Origin: an uncultured cyanobacterium
Lineage (GTDB): Bacteria; Cyanobacteriota; Cyanobacteriia; Cyanobacteriales; Cyanobacteriaceae
Assembly: GCA_963710605.1 (NCBI GenBank)
Contig: CAVQBA010000004.1
Span: 384,001 to 448,000 of the forward strand
Length of the DNA: 64,000 nucleotides
Direction of reading: 5' to 3'
Shown: piece after piece, positions 34,592 through 43,038 of the stretch
How positions within the stretch are numbered: the first letter of the stretch is position 1
Layout of the letters: each line of letters begins with the position of its first letter
Notes under the pieces: generated by a model
Told to the model about the DNA's origin: nothing
Seen by the model: the letters and a program-made list of their open reading frames with translations, nothing else
The model's database searches: none
Translations under genes and position numbers: made by a program

Positions 34592-35209
34592 ATGACTAAT
34601 GATAACGAGCAAAAGTTACTACAAAATTTAGCTACTTGCTTAGCAGGAGAATTTAGTAACAAAAAACAAGCTTCTAGTAACCCCAAAGATTTCGCTCACA
34701 TCCATGTGTTTTTCCGCCCTTTACCATGGGAATTTTTTCAAGGAATTGGTTTTTATTTTGAGCAAGTCTATGATTACGATTTGTGGAACCCTTACCGTCA
34801 AGGGGTTCATCGTTTTGTGGCTCAATCTGACAAAGTATATGTCGAAAATTATAGCCTCAAAGATGCGATGCTTTATGCAGGTTCAGGACATAATCATTCT
34901 ATTCTAAAGACGATAAGTCCAGAAGCAATCGAAAGAAGATACAATTGCTCAATGGTATTTACCAAAAAAAATGATACATTTTACGGTAACGTCGAAGGAA
35001 ATCAATGTTTAATCACTAAAGGTGATGTTGTTACCTATTTGATTAGTGAAGTTGAATTAACTCCAAATACATTTGTAAGTTGGGAATAAGGCATGGATAT
35101 TAAAACGAACGAACAAAAATGGGGTTCTGATCATGGTGCGTTAAAATTTGAGAAAATTACCGATTTTGCTGATGAATTATCCTTTGATAAAATAAATCAG
35201 TCAGTTTAA
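34592..35209 (+). CDS. cpeT: CpeT/CpcT-type bilin lyase with an in-frame TAA at 35087-35089
   Basis: LAGEFSNKKQA, FAHIHVFFRPLP and EQVYDY..PYRQ; after the stop the frame continues GMD..QKWGSDHGALKFEK. Confidence 0.85.
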
Positions 35210-35236
35210 AATACATATTTGCTCTTACTTATACTT

Positions 35237-35615
35237 ATGACTAGAATTTTGTTAGTAGAAGATAACGAAATGAATCGAGATATGCTTAGTAGAAGATTAG
35301 CCCGTAAAGGTTATGAAGTTTTAATAGCGGTTGATGGGCAAGAAGGTATTAATATGAGTGTCAGCGAAAATCCCGCCTTAATTTTAATGGATATGAGTTT
35401 ACCAATTATTGATGGCTGTAGCGACCCGACAGCTAAAAAGTAATCCGCGAACAAAATCTATACCAATCATTGCTCTAACCGCTCACGCCATGACAGGAGA
35501 TAAAGACAAAGCCTTGAAAGCAGGATGTGACGATTATGATACTAAACCGATCGATCTCAAAAAACTATTAGGTAAAATAAAAGCCTTAGCTGAAGGAGTA
35601 AGGAGTAAGGAGTAA
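35237..35615 (+). CDS. Single-domain response regulator (DivK-like), frameshifted near 35415
   Basis: [28 protein letters not shown] and GCDDYDTKP. Confidence 0.88.
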
Positions 35616-35641
35616 GGAGTAAGGAGTAAGGAGTAAGGAGT
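35593..35641. repeat. Heptamer tandem repeat AAGGAGT x7
   Basis: Supplies the last codons and the stop of the response regulator. Confidence 0.9.
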
Positions 35642-35700
35642 GTTCTGGCTGGTCTTTGTTCCCTTAATCAAATAAAAATCATAGATGGAGGTCTGTTACG

Positions 35701-35830
35701 ATGCAAAGCTTTCGCTCTGTTGAGCATAATACTAAAAGTGGTTTAATTTCTGTAGCTTCAAATATCTGGACGATCGAAGCAAAAGAGTGTGTTTGTTATC
35801 GTCCGCCAATATAACCACGTTATCAATTCT
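35701..35830 (+). pseudogene. Short gene remnant (possible DUF4336-like N-terminus)
   Basis: GGAGG RBS, then MQSFRSVEHNTKSGLISVASNIWTIEAKECVCYRPPI*; family call is tentative. Confidence 0.3.
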
Positions 35831-36189
35831 CTGTTATTTTACCAATTTACTCGATCGTTGTTTTAGTTGGTGATATTATTTATCCACGATTAGTTAAGAA
35901 AAAAAGTTTTAGCTAAAAATTATCTCGATCGATTATTATTGAGATTTTTTGTCTTTTCTCATTTTCTTATATATTTTCTCTAACAGCTCTTAATTTTTAA
36001 GGGAAAAATAAGGGAAAAGAATAAAGCGATCGTGAATGCTAACAGCCTAATTGTCAGTATTTATATACTACTTCAACCAATTGATTAGGATAAAAATAGG
36101 ATAAAACTAACAAATCACTTAATCATTAACTTCGATAAGCTCTAACTAGAAACTCTGAAACGTAGTTCTAGAAGGAGGTTTCTATCAAT

Positions 36190-36233
36190 AAGCCTTTGAC
36201 GAGGATTGAACTCGTGACCTCACCCTTACCAAG
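36190..36233 (-). repeat. att core (displaced 3' half of tRNA-Thr)
   Basis: AAGCCTTTGACGAGGATTGAACTCGTGACCTCACCCTTACCAAG, identical to 41920-41963. Confidence 0.95.
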
Positions 36234-36327
36234 AATACGATACAATATAAAATACCTAAAAACTCGTTAATCTATAGCTACTAAGCAACAGACATCGTTC
36301 ATTTTGATGGTTATTTTTAACTAAAAC

Positions 36328-36358
36328 AGGAGAAAAGTAGGAGAAAAGTAGGAGAAAA
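36328..36358 (+). repeat. Arm-type repeats AGGAGAAAA(GT) x3; pairs also at 41708-41727 and 41819-41838
   Basis: 11-bp period direct repeats at both element ends. Confidence 0.85.
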
Positions 36359-37569
36359 TGAAACTAATTGAAAAGACAACAGAATCAAAAAGCTACAGAC
36401 CTGCTGAATGCGATCGTGTCACGATTTATAACACAAAAGGTACGATTGCATTAAAGTTTGTTTGTCCAATCAGAGGTAGTCAAAGAGCATTTAATGTAGG
36501 TAAGCTCAAGTGGCTTAATTTAAACGACCATAGAAGTGCTAAGTTAAAAGCTCTAGAGCTAGATAACGATCTTAGATTAGGTTTATACGATGGTGATGTT
36601 AGTAAATATAAGCTAAATAACAACTATAAAAATAAAAAGAACGTTAAAACTAAATCACAAACAAAACAAATTACCCTTAAACAAATATGGGAATATTATA
36701 AAAGTAAAAATAGCCATATTGCTAAAACTACAAAAACTAATAAATGGTCAATTATCGATAAGGTAATAATTGATTCTGATACAGTTGATAGTGTGGCTGA
36801 ATTGGTTGATAGAATGCTTGAAAAATACGCACCATCTACAAGTAAAAGTGTTTTAGTAGCCTTAAATTCAGCTATTAACTTTTCAATTACTCATAATAAA
36901 TACCAAGGTAAAAACTACTTATCTGATATTGCCAGCAAGATAAAAGCACCCAAGAAAAAGAAAATAAAATCTTATTCAAAGCAAGAAACATTAACTATAT
37001 TAGATGCTTTTAAAAATAATACTTATCGTCATGATAAAAACATTTATAATCATTCTTATTATTATGGGTTAATCGCTATTCGTGTTTATACTGGTTGCCG
37101 TCCTTGTGAAGCGATCGCTCTTACTTGGAAAGATATTAAGGTGCGTAATGATAAAACTTATATCATCTTTGATAAGTCTTACAGTGATGAATTAAAACAA
37201 ACAACAAAAAACGGCACCGATCGCATTTTCCCCTGTAACAAAAAACTGCAAGAAATTATCGCCAATTTACCACGAATAGAAAACGATTCTAATTTAGTTT
37301 TTCCTAGCATTAGAGATAAGTCATACATCGATCGTAAAAACTTTACTCATCGAGTTTGGAATAAAGTAATCAAAGGATTATATGATGATGATCTAATTAG
37401 TAAAAAGCTACCATTCTATGATTTACGTCACACTTTTACTACTCATCTTTGTCGTAGCGGTAAAGTTGATTTGGCGACGATCGCATCTTTAGTAGGTAAC
37501 AGTGTCCCAACTCTGATTAACAATTATTTAGCTACTGATGAATCGATCGAATTACCCGACTTGTTTTAA
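36358..37569 (+). CDS. Tyrosine recombinase / integrase
   Basis: YTGCRPCEAIALTW, TTKNG, FYDLRHTF and VGNS..LINNY; adjacent to the att core. Confidence 0.93.
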   Translation: MKLIEKTTESKSYRPAECDRVTIYNTKGTIALKFVCPIRGSQRAFNVGKLKWLNLNDHRSAKLKALELDNDLRLGLYDGDVSKYKLNNNYKNKKNVKTKSQTKQITLKQIWEYYKSKNSHIAKTTKTNKWSIIDKVIIDSDTVDSVAELVDRMLEKYAPSTSKSVLVALNSAINFSITHNKYQGKNYLSDIASKIKAPKKKKIKSYSKQETLTILDAFKNNTYRHDKNIYNHSYYYGLIAIRVYTGCRPCEAIALTWKDIKVRNDKTYIIFDKSYSDELKQTTKNGTDRIFPCNKKLQEIIANLPRIENDSNLVFPSIRDKSYIDRKNFTHRVWNKVIKGLYDDDLISKKLPFYDLRHTFTTHLCRSGKVDLATIASLVGNSVPTLINNYLATDESIELPDLF

Positions 37570-38939
37570 CCAAAAATACTGAGAAAACTTAATACTCATC
37601 TATTATCTCACCTTACAAACGTGGTCGTTCCAATATCCTTTTTTATGTTTATTTATTTATAAATAACTCTAACAAAATGGTTTTTAGTCAGGGATAATTT
37701 TTTAGTTTTATTACTGAAGATATTTCTATATAGACCTATATAGCTCCATACTGTTATGAAAAATCAAAGTAAAAAGTGCCTCTACAGAAACCTCACAAAT
37801 AAACATAATGCACAATAACACTAATGGTTGTAGTACTCAGAAGATAAATTAATGATTAAAAGAAGGAATATAACAGAATTTATTAATAATATCAAATAAA
37901 CACTAATCGGTAATCTACACCTCTGTTTAAATAAACTTCCTCAGAGCTAAGGAATCTTATAAGCTTACTGGGGGAAAAATTACCTATTGAAAACCTATTT
38001 TCAAATCGCTAAGAAAAACACCAAAAATAAAAAATCAACTACATTTTCAAAGACCTAAAACTTACTTTTAATTTAATTACACTGATATTACAATAAATCT
38101 AGTAAAAAGCGATCGGTTCTAAAGACACAATAACAGTACTAAAACGGTGAAAACTCTTTTACAGTAATACTTTAAAGTCGTTAATATTATTGTGCTAACT
38201 ATATACGCTTGTAGCATATGATTTTGCCCCGTTTAAAGTATCATTAAAAGTATTTTAGAACATAGATTATTGTCTATCGTTTTCGTACAAATAGTTAATG
38301 TCACAATTTAAAATCTATGTGCTGAGACTAATATGTTTTTAATTTATTAGTTATTGATAGCTATTCTCAGATTTATACCTTTAAAGGGGGGGTGAACAAA
38401 AATTTACCGCCCCCCTTAATACTATTTTTGTACTAATAAAATAAGATTATCTTAAAATTGCCTAAACAACTATAAATAAAAGAATACAGCTTTTTATTAG
38501 CTTACTAAATAAAATTAAGTAGAATTTATTAAATCAAACAATCATGATATTTGTCTTAAAAACTATTACTATTTTTTATTGCAAAAAAGTAGTCTTTATT
38601 GATAATAGGTATTTGTTATCATTTGATAAATGATAACAAGTAAAATTGTCATTAAGCTATCTTAATTCTCAACAAGGTTTAGTTGAGTAAATGTATTAAT
38701 TTTATGGTTTTGTTACATTTGTTAATAATAGTGATAATTAAGCTATTTCATAAAACTACTATATACAAATGCTTAAACATAATCAAATTTATTTATGTTA
38801 CAAATTTTAGATGGTAGTGAGGGGGGGTGAACAAAAAATACACCCCCTCACTACAGTGTACTTTTATGAGAAATATTTCTATTAACATCGTTGATATTAT
38901 TTGATATATGATACTAAATGTTATCAACGTTATCAAAAT

Positions 38940-39164
38940 ATGAATACCAATACTAAACAAGTTATTTTTCGCTTACCCGATCATAAATTTACTCTTTTAG
39001 AGTCTAGGTTAAAAGAGATCGGAATGAAAAGACAACAATTCCTTGAGCGTGCTGTTGATGATTTTTTACGCTTTGATAATACAGATGATTTAAAGCGGCA
39101 ACTTTTAAACGATGACGATTTTGTTCTCCAATTGGCTACCAAAGTAGAAAACTTATTAGAGTAA
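38940..39164 (+). CDS. Ribbon-helix-helix DNA-binding protein, paralogue 1
   Basis: KQVIFRLPD beta ribbon, then RQQFLERAVDDFL; ATG at 38940 aligns with paralogue 2. Confidence 0.7.
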   Translation: MNTNTKQVIFRLPDHKFTLLESRLKEIGMKRQQFLERAVDDFLRFDNTDDLKRQLLNDDDFVLQLATKVENLLE

Positions 39165-39274
39165 TCTCATTGCAAAATAAATTTTTGCTCGTATTGAATT
39201 ATGGTGGTTAGTCTTGGTCAGTTAATATTAAAGTAATATTTTCAAGCATAAGTAATATCAGAAATTATCAAATT

Positions 39275-39505
39275 ATGGATACTAATACCAAGCAAGTCGT
39301 TTTTCGCTTACCCGATTGTAAATTTATTCTTTTGGAGTCTAAATTAAAAGAGAGCGGAATTAAAAGACAACAATTTCTTGAACGTGTTATTGATGATTTT
39401 TTAGATCTTAATCACACAAAAGCACGTCATGAGATTCTAAACGATGACGATTTTGTTCTCCAATTGGCTACCAAAGTCAAAAGGAGTTTAAAACAAAAGG
39501 ATTAA
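39275..39505 (+). CDS. Ribbon-helix-helix DNA-binding protein, paralogue 2
   Basis: KQVVFRLPD..RQQFLERVIDDFL..LNDDDFVLQLATKV shared with paralogue 1. Confidence 0.7.
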   Translation: MDTNTKQVVFRLPDCKFILLESKLKESGIKRQQFLERVIDDFLDLNHTKARHEILNDDDFVLQLATKVKRSLKQKD

Positions 39506-39519
39506 ATTTAAGGTAATTA

Positions 39520-40341
39520 TCACGATCGTTTAGTCTTTAAAGCCTTGGTAAACTCACTAAGCATTTCTAATGCTTTGAGATTAACTGGTGTCCGCTGTTC
39601 TTTGTATTTACGTTCTAACAGTTCCTGACTACGACGATCGGATAAGTTTTTAGCTTGAATATATTTTTGATACTCTCTCCACTTCTTAATCGCCTTATCC
39701 CGTTTACTTAGGTGTTTAATTGCATTTTCTTTAGCCCTTTCTCTAGGTTCGTTGTAATTTTGGACAAACTCAGCAGTAACAAACCTAATTAACGGCTCAT
39801 GTTCATAGGGTTTTTCTGGTAGCGGCTCATTCTCTATCACTTCTTTTTGCTGTTCAATAGTCTGTTTGTTCTGTGTGACTTCTCCCTGCTGTTTAGTAGT
39901 AACTTTGTTTTTCTCGTTAATAACTACTCGATCGATATCTTCTTGCTGTTGTTGATAATTTTCTTTTTTTTCTTTTTCTTCTAATTTATTATCTTTAATC
40001 TTAATATCTTTAATCTTAGAGTCGCTGAAATCGTTATTTGGCAATAGTTCTGGACTGGTTAAAGGCTCACTTTTGACCTCTAAAGGCTCACTTGTGATTA
40101 AAAGACTTTTAACGAATTTAAAGGCTTTCCGCTCTCTTAGTTTTTTGACCGCTCTTTTAAAAGAACTAATAGAAATGCCGAATTGTTGGCAAAATTGTTG
40201 GCGATCGATGTTAATTGATTGATTACCAAATGGATCTAGAGAACGCAAATAAAAATAAATGAAGGTTTGGGTGTTGAGTATTCCCTCATTTTTTAAGTTG
40301 ATTATTTCTTGTGTGGTGAGTTTATAAAAAGTGTTATCCAT
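39520..40341 (-). CDS. HTH protein, putative replication initiator / replisome organizer
   Basis: N-terminal wHTH (FCQQFGISISSFKRAVKKL), central repeat linker (SEPLEVKSEPL, KIKDIKIKD) and a basic C-terminal domain. Confidence 0.6.
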   Translation of the reverse strand: MDNTFYKLTTQEIINLKNEGILNTQTFIYFYLRSLDPFGNQSINIDRQQFCQQFGISISSFKRAVKKLRERKAFKFVKSLLITSEPLEVKSEPLTSPELLPNNDFSDSKIKDIKIKDNKLEEKEKKENYQQQQEDIDRVVINEKNKVTTKQQGEVTQNKQTIEQQKEVIENEPLPEKPYEHEPLIRFVTAEFVQNYNEPRERAKENAIKHLSKRDKAIKKWREYQKYIQAKNLSDRRSQELLERKYKEQRTPVNLKALEMLSEFTKALKTKRS

Positions 40342-40451
40342 GTTTTGGCTTGAAGTAATGATTTAGCCCTAAATAATTGGTGCAAAACGGAAAACCGTGC
40401 ATAGTCCAACTAGTAATTAGTCTTGTTATGCACGGTTATTGTTATGGTTCT

Positions 40452-40727
40452 TTACTTAAGTTTTACAACTGTCTGATGAAGTTGATCAACTGTTTGTTTG
40501 TATTTGTCTAGTGAGTCTTTAAGGTGGTCTAAATGAGTCATGACTATGTACATAGCGGTATCATAATCAATGGTTTCGTCATTACGCTCTACCATTTCGT
40601 TAAAGAACACTCTGATCACTTCAAAATCTGACTCAATAAACAAAAAGTCATTACTTAAATCAAGTAATGAACTTGTCACATCAGACATCGACACACCTTG
40701 CTTAGGTGTAGGTTTGTTTGGTATCAT
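40452..40727 (-). CDS. Element-encoded helical hypothetical protein
   Basis: 91-aa ORF with AAAGG RBS, co-oriented upstream of the HTH gene. Confidence 0.6.
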   Translation of the reverse strand: MIPNKPTPKQGVSMSDVTSSLLDLSNDFLFIESDFEVIRVFFNEMVERNDETIDYDTAMYIVMTHLDHLKDSLDKYKQTVDQLHQTVVKLK

Positions 40728-40733
40728 AGGTAT

Positions 40734-40802
40734 AACCTTTATGTAAGAAGTTGAGGTTTAATGCCCCGTTGTGTTTCTACACGATGGGGTAATTACTTTT
40801 TA
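40734..40802 (+). ncRNA. Putative countertranscript (antisense) RNA over the leader of ORF 40727
   Basis: TTGCTT-18-TATCAT with extended TG; AACCT/AGGTT hairpin; CCCCGTTGTGT/ACACGATGGGG hairpin with G-U pairs only on the + strand; T run. Confidence 0.55.
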
Positions 40803-40945
40803 TCCTACCACCAACCTTGTGCATTTTGTCAAGGGTAAATTGAAAATTAATTATTCACGGCTAGAAACGCTTCTAAAAAATCTAGCTATCGATCGTTTGA
40901 GTTGGTGCGATCGTTTTCTCTACCAGAAAAATATTAACTTACATC

Positions 40946-41466
40946 TCTACTGTACATATGAAATAGGTACAGTTGTTTGAACAAAAAAAGCATTATGCAA
41001 TAATTAAATGATAATTGTTTAATGATGGCGTTCAATAATTCTATTGTACAGTAGATATACTATTAAAAACTTTCATTATCAATAAATTGAATTCAAGACA
41101 CTTAAATCTACTGTACATAAGATATATTATTAGTGAATGTAAGTAAATAATGTATTATGCAAAAAAAGAATAATAAGTATGCAAAAAATATATTAAGTAA
41201 TAATCTACTGTACAGTTGACGTTCGTCTATATCTATGTGTATGATTAAAATGATGAATTTAAAAAGTATAAATCTACTGTACACATGAAGATAAACAAAG
41301 TTAGTCTGAGTAATTTAAAACCTAATCGATCGAGATGGAATAATCCAGAGACGATCGCTGTTAGAGTACCCAAAATGTTTAAGCAAGAGGTATTAGATTA
41401 CGCTAAGCAATTAGATAATAACCAAGTAGCTAACCAAGTTAGTAATAAAGAAAACTCTACTGTACA
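40946..41466. repeat. Six dispersed copies of TCTACTGTACA (operator/iteron-like)
   Basis: Copies at 40946, 41045 (inverted), 41107, 41204, 41273 and 41456. Confidence 0.85.
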
Positions 41467-41578
41467 CAAGGAATTAAAAGAAATACTTACCAAAATAGAA
41501 AACAAAGAAAAGGGATATAAAGGTAATTGTGCTACTGCTTTAATTAAAGAGTTGAAAGCGATCGGTCAACAACTTTAG
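41285..41578 (+). CDS. Small RHH-like DNA-binding protein of cyanobacterial mobile elements
   Basis: RWNNPETIAVRVP..KQEVLDYAKQLD. Confidence 0.6.
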   Translation: MKINKVSLSNLKPNRSRWNNPETIAVRVPKMFKQEVLDYAKQLDNNQVANQVSNKENSTVHKELKEILTKIENKEKGYKGNCATALIKELKAIGQQL

Positions 41579-41920
41579 CTTTATTTATTTTTAAGAGTTG
41601 GAGGAGTAACAACTCAATTTCTGAAGGTGAACGGGTAGCTATCACATCCAATTCAATTAACAAATTACTCAACAAACTTCATGACGATCGATCGGCGATC
41701 GTGATTTAGGAGAAAAGTAGGAGAAAATTAATCTTATTGTTTATCAGCGCTTAACTAGGTAAATACTAGAAAACTAAGTATAAAGATACTAATATAAGTT
41801 GATTTATCAGCCTAATCTAGGAGAAAAGTAGGAGAAAACACGAATTATACTATTTACTTAACCTTTCTTACCGTGAAGCTCAACCCCTGAAACCCGTGTA
41901 TGGTGTAGGTTATAGAGGAA

Positions 41921-41992
41921 AGCCTTTGACGAGGATTGAACTCGTGACCTCACCCTTACCAAGGGTGTGCTCTACCACTGAGCTACAAAGGC
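41921..41992 (-). tRNA. trnT: tRNA-Thr(GGT)
   Basis: GCCTTTGTAGCTCAGTGGTAGAGCA CACCC-TTGGTAA-GGGTG AGGTCACGAGTTCAATCCTCGTCAAAGGCT. Confidence 0.97.
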
Positions 41993-41995
41993 AGA

Positions 41996-42077
41996 TGGGC
42001 CGTGCTGGATTTGAACCAGCGTAGGCGTAGCCAGCGGATTTACAGTCCGCCCCCATTAACCACTCGGGCAACGACCC
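41996..42077 (-). tRNA. trnY: tRNA-Tyr(GTA)
   Basis: GGGTCGTTGCCCGAGTGGTTAATGGGG GCGGA-CTGTAAA-TCCGC, long variable arm, GGTTCAAATCC. Confidence 0.97.
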
Positions 42078-42358
42078 TTTTGTTTTCACAGTTATATATT
42101 GTAGCAAAACTATGAGCAAAAAACCACCTTGATTACAATTTTTTTTGAGTAGCTCTAGACTCAACTCTCTTTATCAAATGATCAATTAAAGATGTAATCG
42201 GGTTTTGCGGTATTTGTTCAAGTTAAAAAAAAATCAAAAAATCTGACGTAAATTTATTGAGTAACGATCGATCGATTAGCAATAGGGTTCAAAAAATGAT
42301 TAAAATAATGAAGTGATGAATTTTCACATAAATAAATTAGTGAGTTTAAGAGCAAAAT

Positions 42359-42898
42359 ATGAAAAAATTACGTAATCTTTTAATTGGTGCCGGTTTAGCC
42401 GGTGTAGGTGCGATCGGTGTCAAAAAGGCAGTTGATTATTTCCAAGACAAAAAAGAAGCTAAGGCTGCACAACAAAATCAATTTACACCCGTAACAGCAC
42501 CAGAAGGTGAAGACGAAATTATTCGTAATCCTCAAGAAGAAGTTGCTTTTGCAGTAGTTGAAGAAAGTTCTGTACAAGGCTTCTTGGATAAAAGTTTCGG
42601 CGATCCTGGTCGTTATAAACCTACTCGTCAACCAAAAATCTTTGAATATCAAGATGAAGATTATATGGTGATTTGGGCTTATGATAACAAAAACAACAAA
42701 AATCAAATGTTAGTTTTCCTCTATACCGATTCAGGTAGAGAAATGATTGGTAGTGTCGGCTATACTAATTCAGCTACTGATTACAATCTCAGTATGGGAA
42801 GTACTCCTTTCGCCGTCGAAATCAATGGTGAATTGTTTGAATCAGGTCAAGGTAACACTGATGGTACTAGTGATGTCAATTTTGTTTTAGCTAGTTAA
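42359..42898 (+). CDS. Hypothetical acidic protein with N-terminal membrane anchor
   Basis: 179-aa ORF with host-like codons and a downstream hairpin. Confidence 0.7.
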   Translation: MKKLRNLLIGAGLAGVGAIGVKKAVDYFQDKKEAKAAQQNQFTPVTAPEGEDEIIRNPQEEVAFAVVEESSVQGFLDKSFGDPGRYKPTRQPKIFEYQDEDYMVIWAYDNKNNKNQMLVFLYTDSGREMIGSVGYTNSATDYNLSMGSTPFAVEINGELFESGQGNTDGTSDVNFVLAS

Positions 42899-43038
42899 AA
42901 TTAGTGATTGTCTTTCTTTTAACAATTAATAATTAATTACTTAAAACCTTAATTGAATCCCCCTTGTTTGACGCTGGGGGGCTATTTTTATGCGTAAATT
43001 TTTCAAAGAAAATAAAACTAATCAGCTTCTTTTGATTA

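Larger units (their letters stand above)
36190..41963. mobile_element. tRNA-Thr-targeting integrative element (5.77 kb)
   Basis: Perfect 44-bp direct repeat of the tRNA-Thr 3' half at 36190-36233 and 41920-41963, with an adjacent integrase and plasmid/phage-type small genes. Confidence 0.93.

Noticed and set aside
40771-40980. 69-aa ORF in the element
   Set aside because: No RBS, starts inside a terminator-like hairpin, no recognisable motif
40946-41466. CRISPR array reading of the repeated 11-mer and other repeats
   Set aside because: Units are too short, spacing is irregular, orientation is mixed, and no cas genes are present
41910-42164. 84-aa ORF
   Set aside because: Runs through tRNA-Tyr and tRNA-Thr; spurious
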